From assembly GCF_963921235.1 (NCBI RefSeq), contig NC_086097.1, positions 188,110,001 to 188,174,000 on the forward strand: 64,000 nt of DNA, given 5' to 3'. The stretch is from Mobula hypostoma. Its lineage: Eukaryota. The position numbers were made by a program, and so were the translations under genes. The notes below the pieces were generated by a model. It was not told where the DNA came from and made no database searches. It saw nothing but the letters and a program-made list of their open reading frames with translations. Each line of letters begins with the position of its first letter. Position 1 is the first letter of the stretch. Shown here in pieces: positions 63,196-64,000 of the stretch.

Positions 63196-64000
63196 CTGAA
63201 AAGGAAAAAAAAAGCAAATATTAATTTTAAAATCATTCACAGTTTTGGTCCTAGTAAGATAATTTGCACAACACTGTAATTCTATTTTTGTATATTAACT
63301 ACAAATGTATTTTAAACGAAGTTCCAAAAGCAACAGAATATAATTTGTCTTTGAGTCACTGAAGTCAGTTTTAGTTCCTTCAGATCTTCTAGGAGTTAAT
63401 AAAATCGTCCAGTGATTGTTTTGGTTTGAATTCAGCAAATAACAAATGTCCTATGTCTATGATTCTAATACTTTGAGTGTGACAGAATTTGCAAACAGCA
63501 GTTCCCATGGCTAAAACAGCTGATGGCTGTTACCAGTAAAAATTTAACATGCTTCTGCAGGGAAATTTGATAGCTAACATAATGTTTGAAGATAGGCAAG
63601 CATTCCCCACCCCTCCCCCAGAATTGTCATTACATATCAATTTTAGGAAGGAAAGCTAAATGACTTAATTAATTATTCTTCAATGTAATTAGCCACACAA
63701 ACTTTCAGAATCATTCTGTTATACTTCCCTATGAGAATCTTTAAGCAGTTTACCAAGCTGAATCAAATCAATTCTACTGTTTTGAATGGTAACAGTTTGG
63801 TGAATAAGTGATGCTGGTGTTATAAAATATTAGCCGTGCTTCAGCAGCAGAGGAGCTAATATTGCTATTTAAGTTTACTTTAAATTATGTCTTCTTGAAA
63901 CATTATCGCCCTTCTTGAGAAGCTATTCCCATAGTATTTTTCAGTAGGGATCTCCTGCATTTAGAGCAAGCAGCTATGAAGTTCTAGCAATTTATTTCCA

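Overview
Eukaryotic (vertebrate) intronic DNA. The repeat families (V-SINE/HE1-like, CR1, Neptune-type Penelope, Rex1, Gmr1-type Gypsy) suggest a cartilaginous fish; this is inference. Three short minus-strand exons (63123-63195, 53581-53688, 44426-44563) have canonical splice sites and splice in frame to a peptide resembling the N-terminus of vertebrate CNBD1, so 1-44425 is probably one large intron. Most of the window is decayed transposable elements, including a six-level nest at 6.5-21.9 kb (V-SINE > hAT > hAT with 6-bp TSD > CR1 > Gypsy > Penelope fragment) with TSDs readable at each insertion. The most notable signals involve the minimal hammerhead ribozyme (HHR) carried by the Penelope elements: three complete cores, a perfect 72-bp fold-back insertion pivoting on HHR stem II, and a second insertion truncated in the same stem-loop. 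No intact autonomous element, CRISPR array, rRNA or true tRNA gene was found. Boundaries without a quoted TSD are approximate.
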